A DNA stretch of 64,000 bases from Patescibacteria group bacterium (GTDB lineage Bacteria; Patescibacteriota; Patescibacteriia; UBA1558; S5-K13), in contig JAQUXC010000004.1 in NCBI GenBank assembly GCA_028692545.1, forward strand, positions 630 through 64,629, written 5' to 3'. This document shows positions 9,327 to 17,932 of this stretch, piece by piece. The translations under genes were made by a program, and so were the position numbers. Every line of letters starts with the position of its first letter. Position 1 is the stretch's first letter. Below the pieces are notes generated by a model that did not search any database, had not been told where the DNA came from, and saw only the letters and a list, made by a program, of their open reading frames with translations.

Positions 9327-9434
9327 AATACAATAAGTGCGTATTATGAATATATTTTATAGTAGAAAATATAGATAAAACTAGTTTCATAAAAAATCGA
9401 TGGGTTAAACTTGATGATTTTTTTATAAATAATA

Positions 9435-9827
9435 TTATCTTTGTAATTTTTTCCTAATCTCTTCCAGGGCTTTTGTTGGTTTATACATAAGGTCAGAATT
9501 CATCATAAGATTAGTTGCCTCTTTTTGTAAATTATCTGGTAAGGAAGATAATTCTTTCAATGCTTCAATCTCCTCTAAAGCTCTTTTTGGGCTATATGCA
9601 GGATGTGGTTTTCTTAAATAATCCAAAGCAATTTCTTTATAATTATCTGTAAGATTATTGATTTCCTGCATAGCACGAACTTCTTCCATGGCTTGTTCTG
9701 GAGTGTGTTCCCAATCTGGATCTAAAAATTCATCAAAAATCTTTTTTAAATCATCTGAAAGTTCATCATATTGTTTTTTTATTTCTGGTGGAATATTATC
9801 TAGACTTAAATTTTCAAAATTATTCAT
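9435..9827 (-). CDS. Acidic helical-repeat protein with LP(E/D)(D/N)L motif; paralog of 10781-11605 and 11648-11902
   Basis: Repeats ALEEIEALKELSSLPDNLQKEA / ALEEIRKKL; N-terminus MNNFENLS is shared with its paralogs (MNFENP, MPNFEQ). Confidence 0.6.
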   Translation of the reverse strand: MNNFENLSLDNIPPEIKKQYDELSDDLKKIFDEFLDPDWEHTPEQAMEEVRAMQEINNLTDNYKEIALDYLRKPHPAYSPKRALEEIEALKELSSLPDNLQKEATNLMMNSDLMYKPTKALEEIRKKLQR

Positions 9828-9936
9828 CTTTTTTGTATTATTAATTATATGGTTAGTTTAACAAATTGTGTATACAAAATCAATTTGAAAATATTGACTT
9901 ATCATTATTTTTATTATATAATAATAAATTCTAAAA

Positions 9937-10650
9937 TTGAATATAGGAGTAAAAATGAATGTATTTTGTCGAGATTTCAGGACAGAAAAACTGCATAAGA
10001 GAAGAATGATTCATGGATTTGTAGGAATTCATGAGAAGGTAATATTGGAAGTGGGGTGTGGTAAGGGATACTGTACGGAGATTTTGTTAACAGAAGATAA
10101 TTTTTTGCTTGGAATAGATCCATGCGAAGAAGATATCAAAGAAATAATGACTCGTAATTTTCCAAGAAACGCTCAATTTAGAGCATGTGGCTTACAACAC
10201 ATGACTCATGGATATAGTTTTGATCTTATTGTATTCTACAAGAGCTTTCATGAATTACAAGGAATAAGCCTTGAAGAAGCTCTGATAAAATCAAAACATC
10301 TACTCAATCCAAACGGCAAAATTTTGATAATTGAGGAAAGTCTGAAGTCTCAATTATTTAAAATTCATAACTACGATCCATTCAAAGAAAGAGCAGAAAA
10401 CTTGGAAATTGAAAAAGTTTCAAGAGCTCAAAAATGTGTCATGAACACAAAATATGAGTTATGCGTCTTAAGAACTACGATTGAGTTTAAAAATGTGGAA
10501 GATTTCTGTATTAGAGAGCTTCACGAGACAAAACCTGATCAATTATTTAAAAGTATTGTAGTATTAGCAATAAAAGAAGCTACATCAGTTTATGCAGGTG
10601 AAAAACCATTTTGTTTGAAAGAGGTAATGAATATGTATCTAATTTCATAA
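9937..10650 (+). CDS. Class I SAM-dependent methyltransferase-like protein; paralog of 17247-17891
   Basis: Motif I ILEVGCGKGYCTEILL, then GIDP; the paralog has ILEVACGSGHLTRSLL ... GIDP. Confidence 0.7.
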   Translation: MNIGVKMNVFCRDFRTEKLHKRRMIHGFVGIHEKVILEVGCGKGYCTEILLTEDNFLLGIDPCEEDIKEIMTRNFPRNAQFRACGLQHMTHGYSFDLIVFYKSFHELQGISLEEALIKSKHLLNPNGKILIIEESLKSQLFKIHNYDPFKERAENLEIEKVSRAQKCVMNTKYELCVLRTTIEFKNVEDFCIRELHETKPDQLFKSIVVLAIKEATSVYAGEKPFCLKEVMNMYLIS

Positions 10651-10671
10651 TAAATGGACATTATTAAGTAT

Positions 10672-10704
10672 ATAGCAGACCGGAAACGGTCTGCTATTAT
10701 TTTT
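10672..10704 (+). terminator. Intrinsic terminator
   Basis: agcagaccg-gaaa-cggtctgct followed by tatttttat. Confidence 0.6.
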
Positions 10705-10780
10705 ATAAATTTAATATCAATTAATAAAACAAAAAACTGTGAATTAACACAGAATTTTGTTATTTAAAATAAGTTTTCCT

Positions 10781-11605
10781 TTAATTTTTTGTATTTTGCA
10801 ATAATGCAAGTTCTAAAGCTTCTTCTGGCTTATATTTTTCAGTATCATCTTTATAATAACCAACCACGTGTTCTGTGTTTAAATATTTTTCAGCAATAAC
10901 CCTGAGATTTTCTGGTAATTTATTAATTTTATCTCTTGCAATTGTAGATTTCAATGCAGAATTATAAGATTTGTATTGTTCTTTATATTCATTAGCAATA
11001 GATTTTAAATCTTCTGGTAATTTATCTATTTCACCAAAAGCAATGGCTTCTTTTAATTCAAATTCAAGAGATCTGTCTTTTGAATTTTGTAGATTAGTGT
11101 AGGCAAAATTTCTTAATTTTGGAGGAAGATCATTAATACCTTTTAATGTTTCAGCAATATGCTGAAGTTCAACTACGTGAGCATGAAAAAAATCTATTAT
11201 CTTTATTTTATGTCTTAAATCTTTGAATTCATCAGGTATTTTATCAGCCTCTTGGTCTGCTTTAAACTCAGTTAAAGCTAACAATGGATTTTGATCTATT
11301 GCTGAACTATTAATGGAATTTCTTAAATCTTCTGGTAAATTATCAATTTCCTGTTGAGCTCTAACTATTTCTAATATGGTTTTCATATCATAATCATCTC
11401 TATTAAAATGTTTTTCAGCAACGAGTTTTAAATCATCTGGTAATTTTTTAAGTTCATCTACTGTATCTTTGTCTATATTATTTTCACTATAAACCCTTAA
11501 TAAGGTTTCGTATCTTGATTCATCTTTTTTAGGTATTTCTACCTCATCTTCTTGTTTTCCATCATCATCTTCATTTGAATTTATTGTTGGGTTTTCAAAA
11601 TTCAT
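10781..11605 (-). CDS. Acidic helical-repeat protein (LPEDLK repeats), 274 aa
   Basis: At least 6 repeats such as EIDNLPEDLRNS, EIDKLPEDLKSIANEY, KINKLPENLRVIAEKYL. Confidence 0.6.
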   Translation of the reverse strand: MNFENPTINSNEDDDGKQEDEVEIPKKDESRYETLLRVYSENNIDKDTVDELKKLPDDLKLVAEKHFNRDDYDMKTILEIVRAQQEIDNLPEDLRNSINSSAIDQNPLLALTEFKADQEADKIPDEFKDLRHKIKIIDFFHAHVVELQHIAETLKGINDLPPKLRNFAYTNLQNSKDRSLEFELKEAIAFGEIDKLPEDLKSIANEYKEQYKSYNSALKSTIARDKINKLPENLRVIAEKYLNTEHVVGYYKDDTEKYKPEEALELALLQNTKN

Positions 11606-11647
11606 ATTTTTTGTTTATTCATATTTTTTAATTATTTAAAGTATATA

Positions 11648-11902
11648 TTATGATGCCTTTTTCATATTTTCTAAAGCTGCTTTTAAAGCATCAATAGGAG
11701 AAAGATCTTCGTATCTAGGTCCTATCATTTTTTCGGCAAAAAGTTTCGCATCTTCAGGAAGTTGCATAATTTTTTTATATGCTTCTACTTGTTCTGAGAG
11801 AGCATTTTCATTGTCAATTGAATAGAATAATTTAATTCTTTCTCTAATATCACTATCTTCTTCACTTGTATTTGGCGTTGGAATTTGTTCAAAATTTGGC
11901 AT
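11648..11902 (-). CDS. Short member of the same LPED repeat family
   Basis: MPNFEQ N-terminus; QLPEDAKLFAEKMI repeat. Confidence 0.5.
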   Translation of the reverse strand: MPNFEQIPTPNTSEEDSDIRERIKLFYSIDNENALSEQVEAYKKIMQLPEDAKLFAEKMIGPRYEDLSPIDALKAALENMKKAS

Positions 11903-11962
11903 ATTTTTTTACTTATTAATTATATATTTATAATAAAACAATAATTTTTTTTGTCAAACAAA

Positions 11963-12442
11963 TTATTTATTTTCTAAAATTGGCAAAGTAAACTTTTCTT
12001 TTAGATATTTTTTGTATAATTGTAAATTTTCATAAAAATCAAAAGCGATTAATTCTTTTTCTGGTAAACTATCCAGATCAAACCATCGTATTTCTAAATT
12101 TTCTCCATCAATTTCAGAAACTTTCTTATCAGCTTGAGCAATATATACAAAACTAAGATTCTGTCTATCCTCCGCTGGTCTATTAGGGTTATCAATTATT
12201 GTAAGAAGTTCTAAATTTTTTATTATCCAGCCAGTTTCTTCTTGTGTTTCTCTTTTAATAGTTTGTTTTAACGTTTCATCTCTTTCCATAAACCCTCCTG
12301 GTAATCCCCATTTTCCAATTTCTAAAACACTAACAGGCCCTCTTTTACCCATTAAAACTTTATTATCGCGCACAACAATTGCATTTACAGTTACATGGCG
12401 TAAACTTGTTTTATTTCCATCTTCAAATTCACAATTTATCAT
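11963..12442 (-). CDS. NUDIX hydrolase
   Basis: Nudix box GGFMERDETLKQTIKRETQEETGW. Confidence 0.8.
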   Translation of the reverse strand: MINCEFEDGNKTSLRHVTVNAIVVRDNKVLMGKRGPVSVLEIGKWGLPGGFMERDETLKQTIKRETQEETGWIIKNLELLTIIDNPNRPAEDRQNLSFVYIAQADKKVSEIDGENLEIRWFDLDSLPEKELIAFDFYENLQLYKKYLKEKFTLPILENK

Positions 12443-12444
12443 AA

Positions 12445-13038
12445 TTATTGTTGATTATTTTGATTATTAATTACTTGTTGAGGATTTAGTTTGTCTTGTT
12501 CCTTTTTATAAATAATTTCTAAAATTATAGATATCATAAAAATAAGCATCATTCCAAATAGCAAAATCATTGGATATAATATATATCCACCGTATATACA
12601 ATTAGAGCTTTCACTACAAAGTTTGATATTAATAAATGTAGTATATCCCCAATAAAGACATATTGCTAAATTTATATAAAATAAAACCCAAAATTTCTTT
12701 TTTAGATAAAGACCAAGAATAATTAAATATAAAAATATAACTATAAAATATCTTATTGTTATAGTTATTTCTATAAATATTTTAATATCTCTCATAAAAA
12801 AATTCATAAAAAGAAACACCATTAATAAAAATAGTGGGGATAATATTATTAATAGTGCTCTAAAAAATATGAAGAGCGAATTTTTATGTTTAATATTATA
12901 AAAAATTGCAAAAATTAATAAAAATGGAATTAAAAATAAATAAGATTGTAAATAATTAAGATTAAAATAAAATCGTAGCATAAAAAATATAAATATTATG
13001 GGAATTATCATTAACAATGTTTTAAATGTTTTACTCAT
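12445..13038 (-). CDS. Polytopic membrane protein, hypothetical
   Basis: Five or six hydrophobic segments; tightly packed between two Nudix genes (3-nt and 6-nt gaps). Confidence 0.55.
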   Translation of the reverse strand: MSKTFKTLLMIIPIIFIFFMLRFYFNLNYLQSYLFLIPFLLIFAIFYNIKHKNSLFIFFRALLIILSPLFLLMVFLFMNFFMRDIKIFIEITITIRYFIVIFLYLIILGLYLKKKFWVLFYINLAICLYWGYTTFINIKLCSESSNCIYGGYILYPMILLFGMMLIFMISIILEIIYKKEQDKLNPQQVINNQNNQQ

Positions 13039-13043
13039 ATTTT

Positions 13044-13430
13044 TTATTTACTACTAAAATATTCTATTATTCTTTCTTTGCAATCTATTGCAAAGTCCAA
13101 TTTATTTATTTCTTCCTCATCAAACCAACCAAAATCATCAAAATCTTCTTTGTTTGGAATTGGTTTCGATTTAAATTTTACTATAAATGTTTTAAAAAAT
13201 CTGTTGTTGAAATGATAAGTTTTGAAAAATTCCAATATTTCTATTTCACAATTCAATTCTTCTTTTATTTCTCTTTTAAGTGCTTGTTCTGGATTTTCGT
13301 TTTCTTCAATATGACCTCCAACAGTTTCCCATAATTCAGGAGAAAACTCTTTGTTTTTACTACGTTTTGCAATAAAAATCTTATTATCAATATTTCTTAT
13401 AATTATTGAACTTACTGATCCGTAATCCAT
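13044..13430 (-). CDS. NUDIX hydrolase
   Basis: Nudix box GGHIEENENPEQALKREIKEELNCEI. Confidence 0.75.
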   Translation of the reverse strand: MDYGSVSSIIIRNIDNKIFIAKRSKNKEFSPELWETVGGHIEENENPEQALKREIKEELNCEIEILEFFKTYHFNNRFFKTFIVKFKSKPIPNKEDFDDFGWFDEEEINKLDFAIDCKERIIEYFSSK

Positions 13431-13642
13431 ATTAATTTAAATTATATATTTTATATTCTATAACTTTCAACTTTATACTTAGAACTTTATAACTTCCCTT
13501 ATATTTTCTCACCTTATTATTAAAAAGTAAAACAAAAAAACTACTTGTAACAAATTAAATAGTTTTTTTATTATCTATTGACTTATTTTATATATATAAT
13601 ATAATGAATTTATCATTACGATGAATTAAGTTCTCTAAGGGG

Positions 13643-14194
13643 TTAGTCCCGACGAGAGCTTTTTTCTTTATATTCAAGTTTATTTCTCAAATCATTAATA
13701 AAATCTAAAATATTATTTTGAGGAGTACTCAATTTATCTAATAGACAAGAATAACTAAATTTATTTGGGATTAATACTTTTTTTAATTTATTTTTATTAA
13801 TTAAATATTCAACAAGACAATGAAAATCACCATCACCAGAAATAATTAAAGCTTTGTTGTAATTATTAAACTCTATTATTGCATGTAATACCAATTCAGC
13901 ATCAACATTTCCTTTAACAATTCCATTTTTTAATTCTAGAGTGGGCTTGAAAATACAAATATATCCAGATTCTTGTAGTTGTGTATATAGTATTTGATTA
14001 CCAGGTTTGTATCCTATAAATAAAAAGGCTTTTTGAATATTATATTTATCCTTTAAGTAAGTTCTAAAACGTCTATAGTCAAGTTTCCAACCCGAATATA
14101 TTTTTATATTATTTTTGTAAATATCATTTAATATCCCCAAATGAAGATTTTGACTATCTATAAATGCATAATTATTATTTTTCATAAAAATCAC
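13643..14194 (-). CDS. NYN-domain (LabA-like, PIN-fold) putative RNase
   Basis: AFIDSQNL ... ISGDGDFHCLVEYL ... VLIP pattern typical of NYN/LabA. The last codons SSRRD overlap a GC-rich patch. Confidence 0.65.
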   Translation of the reverse strand: MIFMKNNNYAFIDSQNLHLGILNDIYKNNIKIYSGWKLDYRRFRTYLKDKYNIQKAFLFIGYKPGNQILYTQLQESGYICIFKPTLELKNGIVKGNVDAELVLHAIIEFNNYNKALIISGDGDFHCLVEYLINKNKLKKVLIPNKFSYSCLLDKLSTPQNNILDFINDLRNKLEYKEKSSRRD

Positions 14195-14212
14195 TTTCTT
14201 TATATGTTTTTA

Positions 14213-14243
14213 TAAAATAAAAAAGTCGCTTCTGCGACCCTTT
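14213..14243 (-). terminator. Intrinsic terminator after ppdK
   Basis: On the minus strand: gtcgc-agaa-gcgac followed by ttttttatttt. Confidence 0.6.
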
Positions 14244-14284
14244 TATTATCTTACAACTTTTATTTTAAAATACAATATTTATAT

Positions 14285-16948
14285 TTATTTCTTCAATAAG
14301 TCTCTTACTGCTGCTTGAGCTGCTGCAAGACGAGCAATTGGCACTCTAAATGGTGAACAAGATACATAATTAAATCCATTTCTGTGACAGAATTCAACTG
14401 ATTTTGGCTCGCCACCGTGCTCTCCGCAAATTCCAATCTTCAAATCTTTGTTTGCGCTTCTACCTTTTTCTACTGCAATTTTTATTAGCTCGCCAATACC
14501 TTCTTGATCAAGTACTTCAAATGGATCATCTTCAAATATTCCTTGATTTACATATTCTTTCAAGAATTTTCCAGCATCGTCACGAGAAAGTCCTGCACCC
14601 ATTTGAGTCAAATCATTTGTACCAAATGAGAAAAATTCAGCACCAGCTTCAACAATCTTATCTGCTACTAATGCTGCACGAGGAACTTCTATCATTGTTC
14701 CAACTTTGTACTCAATTTCAATTCCAGCTTCTTTTAGCTTATTTTCAACAATATTTACAATCCTATCTTTCAAAATAGAAAATTCTTTTGTAGTTGCAAC
14801 AAGTGGAATCATAATTTCTGGCTTTACATCATGTTTAGCACCACATTTTGGACATTTTGTAGCAACTTCTATTGCTGCTTCTATAATAGCTCTTGTTTGC
14901 ATATCACAAATCTCAGGAAATGTTATTGCCAATCTACATCCACGATGACCAAGCATTGGATTGAATTCATGCAAATCATCAATTTTTGATTTTATAGTTG
15001 CGATATCAACATTCATCTCTCCAGCTAATTCTGCAATATCTTTTTCTTCTCTTGGTAAAAATTCATGAAGCGGTGGATCAAGTAATCTAATTGTAGTATC
15101 ATACTCATCCATTTCATGAAATAATCCAATAAAATCTTGTTTTTGATATGGTAATAATTTTGCAAGTGCTTTTTCTCTTGCCTCTAGATTATCTGACAAA
15201 ATCATTTCTCTTACAGCTTTTATTCTATCACCTTCAAAAAACATATGTTCTGTTCTGCAAAGTCCTATTCCTTTTGCTCCAAATTTTATAGCAATTGAAG
15301 CATCATGTGGAGTATCAGCATTTGCTCTTACATCTAATTTTCTAAATTCATCAGCCCAACTCATAAGGGTTCCAAAAGTTCCGGACAATTCTGGATCTTG
15401 AGTTCCTACTTTATTCAAGTAGACTTTTCCAACTGATCCATCTAGTGAAATAAAATCCCCTTCTTTCAAAATTATATTTTTGCTTTTTATTGTAAGTGTT
15501 TTTGCTTTTTCATCAATTGACAAGTCACTGCATCCTGCTACACAACATTTTCCCATACCACGAGCTACAACTGCAGCATGACTAGTCATTCCACCTCGAG
15601 CTGTAAGAATTCCTTTTGCGCTATGCATTCCATCAATATCTTCAGGCGAAGTTTCTGTTCTTACCAAAATTACATCTAATCCGCTATTTGTTTTTTCAAA
15701 TGCTTCTATTGCAGTAAATACAACTTCACCAACAGCAGCACCAGGAGATGCTGGCAAACCTTGAGCAATTTCTTCTGCATTTTGCAAAGCTATTGGGTCT
15801 AATTGTTTATGTAACAATTGATTTAATTGATTTGGATCAACTCGAAGTATTGCTTCTTCTTTTGTAATGAGTTTTTCTTCAACCAATTCAACAGCAATTC
15901 TTATTGCTGCTGCTCCAGTACGTTTTCCATTTCTAGCTTGCAAAATATATAATTTATTATTTTGAATGGTAAATTCCATATCCTGCATGTCTTTGTAATG
16001 TTTTTCAACTTTATCACAGGTATCAACAAGCTCTTTGTAAATTTCTGGATTTTGAGTTTCTAACTCTGAAACTGGCATTGGAGTTCTAATTCCTGCTACA
16101 ACATCTTCTCCTTGAGCATTCATTAAGTATTCACCATAAAATTTTGCTTCACCTGTGGAAGGATTTCTTGTAAAACACACTCCTGTACCACTATCTTCTC
16201 CAAGATTTCCAAATACCATACTTTGAATATTTACTGCAGTTCCAATCAATCCTCTTATACTATTTAGTTCACGATAACGAATAGCTCTATTATTATTCCA
16301 AGAACTAAATACTGCATTTATTGCCAAAAACAATTGTTCAATAGGATCTTGTGGAAATTCTATTCCTTTTATTCCTTTTATTTTTTCTTTGTATCTTTTT
16401 GTTATTTCTTGTAAATCTTCTGTTGTAAGGTCTGTATCATATTTAGCACCTTTTGTATCTTTTACATTTTCCAAAATATGTTCAAATTCAGAGTGTTCTA
16501 CTTCCATCACAACGTCTCCAAACATTTGTATAAGACGTCTATAAGAATCCCATGCGAATCTAGGATTGTTTGACTTGTTAGAAAGACCAATTACTGATTT
16601 ATCATTTAATCCTAAATTTAGAATTGTATCCATCATTCCAGGCATAGAAGAAGCAGCACCAGATCTCACAGAAACCAAAAGTGGATCAATATCATCACCC
16701 AATGTTTTTCCCATTTTTTTCTGAAGCTCATCTAAATACCTTAAAATTTCACTTCTTACTTCTTGAGTGATTGTTTTATTGCTTTTATAATACAAATCAC
16801 AAACTTCTGTTGTGATTGTAAATCCAGGAGGAACATTTATGCCGAGTGTTGACATTTCAGCTAGGTTTGCACCTTTTCCACCAAGAATTTCTTTCATGTC
16901 CTTATTTCCTTCTTCAAAAGAATAGATATATTTCTTTACATCTGTCAT
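14285..16948 (-). CDS. ppdK: Pyruvate, phosphate dikinase
   Basis: 887 aa; phospho-His motif GGMTSHAAVVARGMG, CRTEHMF, PEP-utilizing C-terminal domain. Confidence 0.95.
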   Translation of the reverse strand: MTDVKKYIYSFEEGNKDMKEILGGKGANLAEMSTLGINVPPGFTITTEVCDLYYKSNKTITQEVRSEILRYLDELQKKMGKTLGDDIDPLLVSVRSGAASSMPGMMDTILNLGLNDKSVIGLSNKSNNPRFAWDSYRRLIQMFGDVVMEVEHSEFEHILENVKDTKGAKYDTDLTTEDLQEITKRYKEKIKGIKGIEFPQDPIEQLFLAINAVFSSWNNNRAIRYRELNSIRGLIGTAVNIQSMVFGNLGEDSGTGVCFTRNPSTGEAKFYGEYLMNAQGEDVVAGIRTPMPVSELETQNPEIYKELVDTCDKVEKHYKDMQDMEFTIQNNKLYILQARNGKRTGAAAIRIAVELVEEKLITKEEAILRVDPNQLNQLLHKQLDPIALQNAEEIAQGLPASPGAAVGEVVFTAIEAFEKTNSGLDVILVRTETSPEDIDGMHSAKGILTARGGMTSHAAVVARGMGKCCVAGCSDLSIDEKAKTLTIKSKNIILKEGDFISLDGSVGKVYLNKVGTQDPELSGTFGTLMSWADEFRKLDVRANADTPHDASIAIKFGAKGIGLCRTEHMFFEGDRIKAVREMILSDNLEAREKALAKLLPYQKQDFIGLFHEMDEYDTTIRLLDPPLHEFLPREEKDIAELAGEMNVDIATIKSKIDDLHEFNPMLGHRGCRLAITFPEICDMQTRAIIEAAIEVATKCPKCGAKHDVKPEIMIPLVATTKEFSILKDRIVNIVENKLKEAGIEIEYKVGTMIEVPRAALVADKIVEAGAEFFSFGTNDLTQMGAGLSRDDAGKFLKEYVNQGIFEDDPFEVLDQEGIGELIKIAVEKGRSANKDLKIGICGEHGGEPKSVEFCHRNGFNYVSCSPFRVPIARLAAAQAAVRDLLKK

Positions 16949-17037
16949 AGATTTTATTTTTTTATGTTTTTAATTAAAAATAGTAGCTATATTCTCTCAT
17001 TTTTTAGAATTAAAATCAAGTATACAAATAAATACAA

Positions 17038-17180
17038 TGCCAATACCTGCCTGCCCGCCTGCCTGCCGGTAGGCAGGGCAGGCAGGTACAAATGATATAC
17101 CAATTATACAAATGACATTAGTATTATTGGTATAAATTAGTCCGCCTTGGCTTTGCCGTTAGGCGAGACGAGTATATTTA
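17038..17180. repeat. Intergenic repeat element, copy B, interrupted by two GC-rich palindromic inserts
   Basis: Core caaatgatataccaattatacaaatgacattagtattattggtataaattag matches copy A. The inserts are cctgcctgcccgcctgcctgccggtaggcagggcaggcagg (about 17046-17088) and tccgccttggctttgccgttaggcgagacgag (about 17142-17176). Confidence 0.5.
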
Positions 17181-17246
17181 TATATTCAATGTTGCTTTAA
17201 TGCTAATATTCTGTTATATTATTCTATTACAATCAAGGAGGATAAA

Positions 17247-17891
17247 ATGATTGATTTCATCGTTTCTAAAAGACAAATGATAATTCAGTCATTTGTCAGT
17301 CTTCGAAAAAAGAAAATTTTAGAAGTAGCATGTGGAAGTGGACATCTAACAAGATCACTTCTCACTGGTGATAATTTTGTACTTGGAATTGATCCAAATA
17401 CAAAATCTATTGAAATAGCCAAAAAAGTTGCTCCAAAAGCAGCATTTATGACTAAGAGTTTTGAGGATTTCAGTCCAGGAGAAAGGCAATTTGATCTTGT
17501 GATATTTTCAATAGGTCTTCATGAAATGGAAAATCAAGAAGAACTAATTATGAAAGCAAAAAAAATAGTTACTCAGAGCAATGGAAATGTTTTAATTATT
17601 GAAAGAGATATTACAACCCAGTTTTTTAATGTCATAAATAAAATAAATCCTTCTATAATAGAGGATGAATTTAAAAAAGTATCTAAAACATCTGAAATTT
17701 TGAATTCTTTGTCTCCTATCAATATAGGTATTCTTCCGAATATTATGCACTTTCAAAATGCAATAGATTTTTGGAAGATATGTCTCAATGGAGACAAAAA
17801 AGTGACCATTATTTCTATAGTCGAAGCTTTGAATGTAAAACTCAATCAAGGTTTTTACATAGAAGATAATATGATAATGTATTTATTATAA
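17247..17891 (+). CDS. Class I SAM-dependent methyltransferase-like protein (paralog of 9937-10650)
   Basis: AAGGAGGA Shine-Dalgarno; ILEVACGSGHLT motif I. Confidence 0.7.
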   Translation: MIDFIVSKRQMIIQSFVSLRKKKILEVACGSGHLTRSLLTGDNFVLGIDPNTKSIEIAKKVAPKAAFMTKSFEDFSPGERQFDLVIFSIGLHEMENQEELIMKAKKIVTQSNGNVLIIERDITTQFFNVINKINPSIIEDEFKKVSKTSEILNSLSPINIGILPNIMHFQNAIDFWKICLNGDKKVTIISIVEALNVKLNQGFYIEDNMIMYLL

Positions 17892-17926
17892 AAGCAGGTT
17901 GGGAATTCTAACCTGCTTTTGAATTT
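17888..17926. terminator. Bidirectional intrinsic terminator between the convergent methyltransferase and P-type ATPase genes
   Basis: aaaagcaggtt-gggaattct-aacctgctttt: 11-bp stem flanked by A and T runs. Confidence 0.65.
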
Positions 17927-17932
17927 TTATAA

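Noticed and set aside
13026-13334. 102-aa + strand ORF
   Set aside because: Antisense to the Nudix gene 13044-13430; Phe/Tyr-rich translation typical of AT-rich antisense frames.
13580-13607. Near-consensus sigma70 promoter TTGACT-N16-TATAAT pointing into the 3' end of the convergent NYN gene
   Set aside because: Could drive an antisense or small RNA, but such hexamers arise by chance in DNA this AT-rich and there is no downstream ORF or structure. Kept as low-priority.
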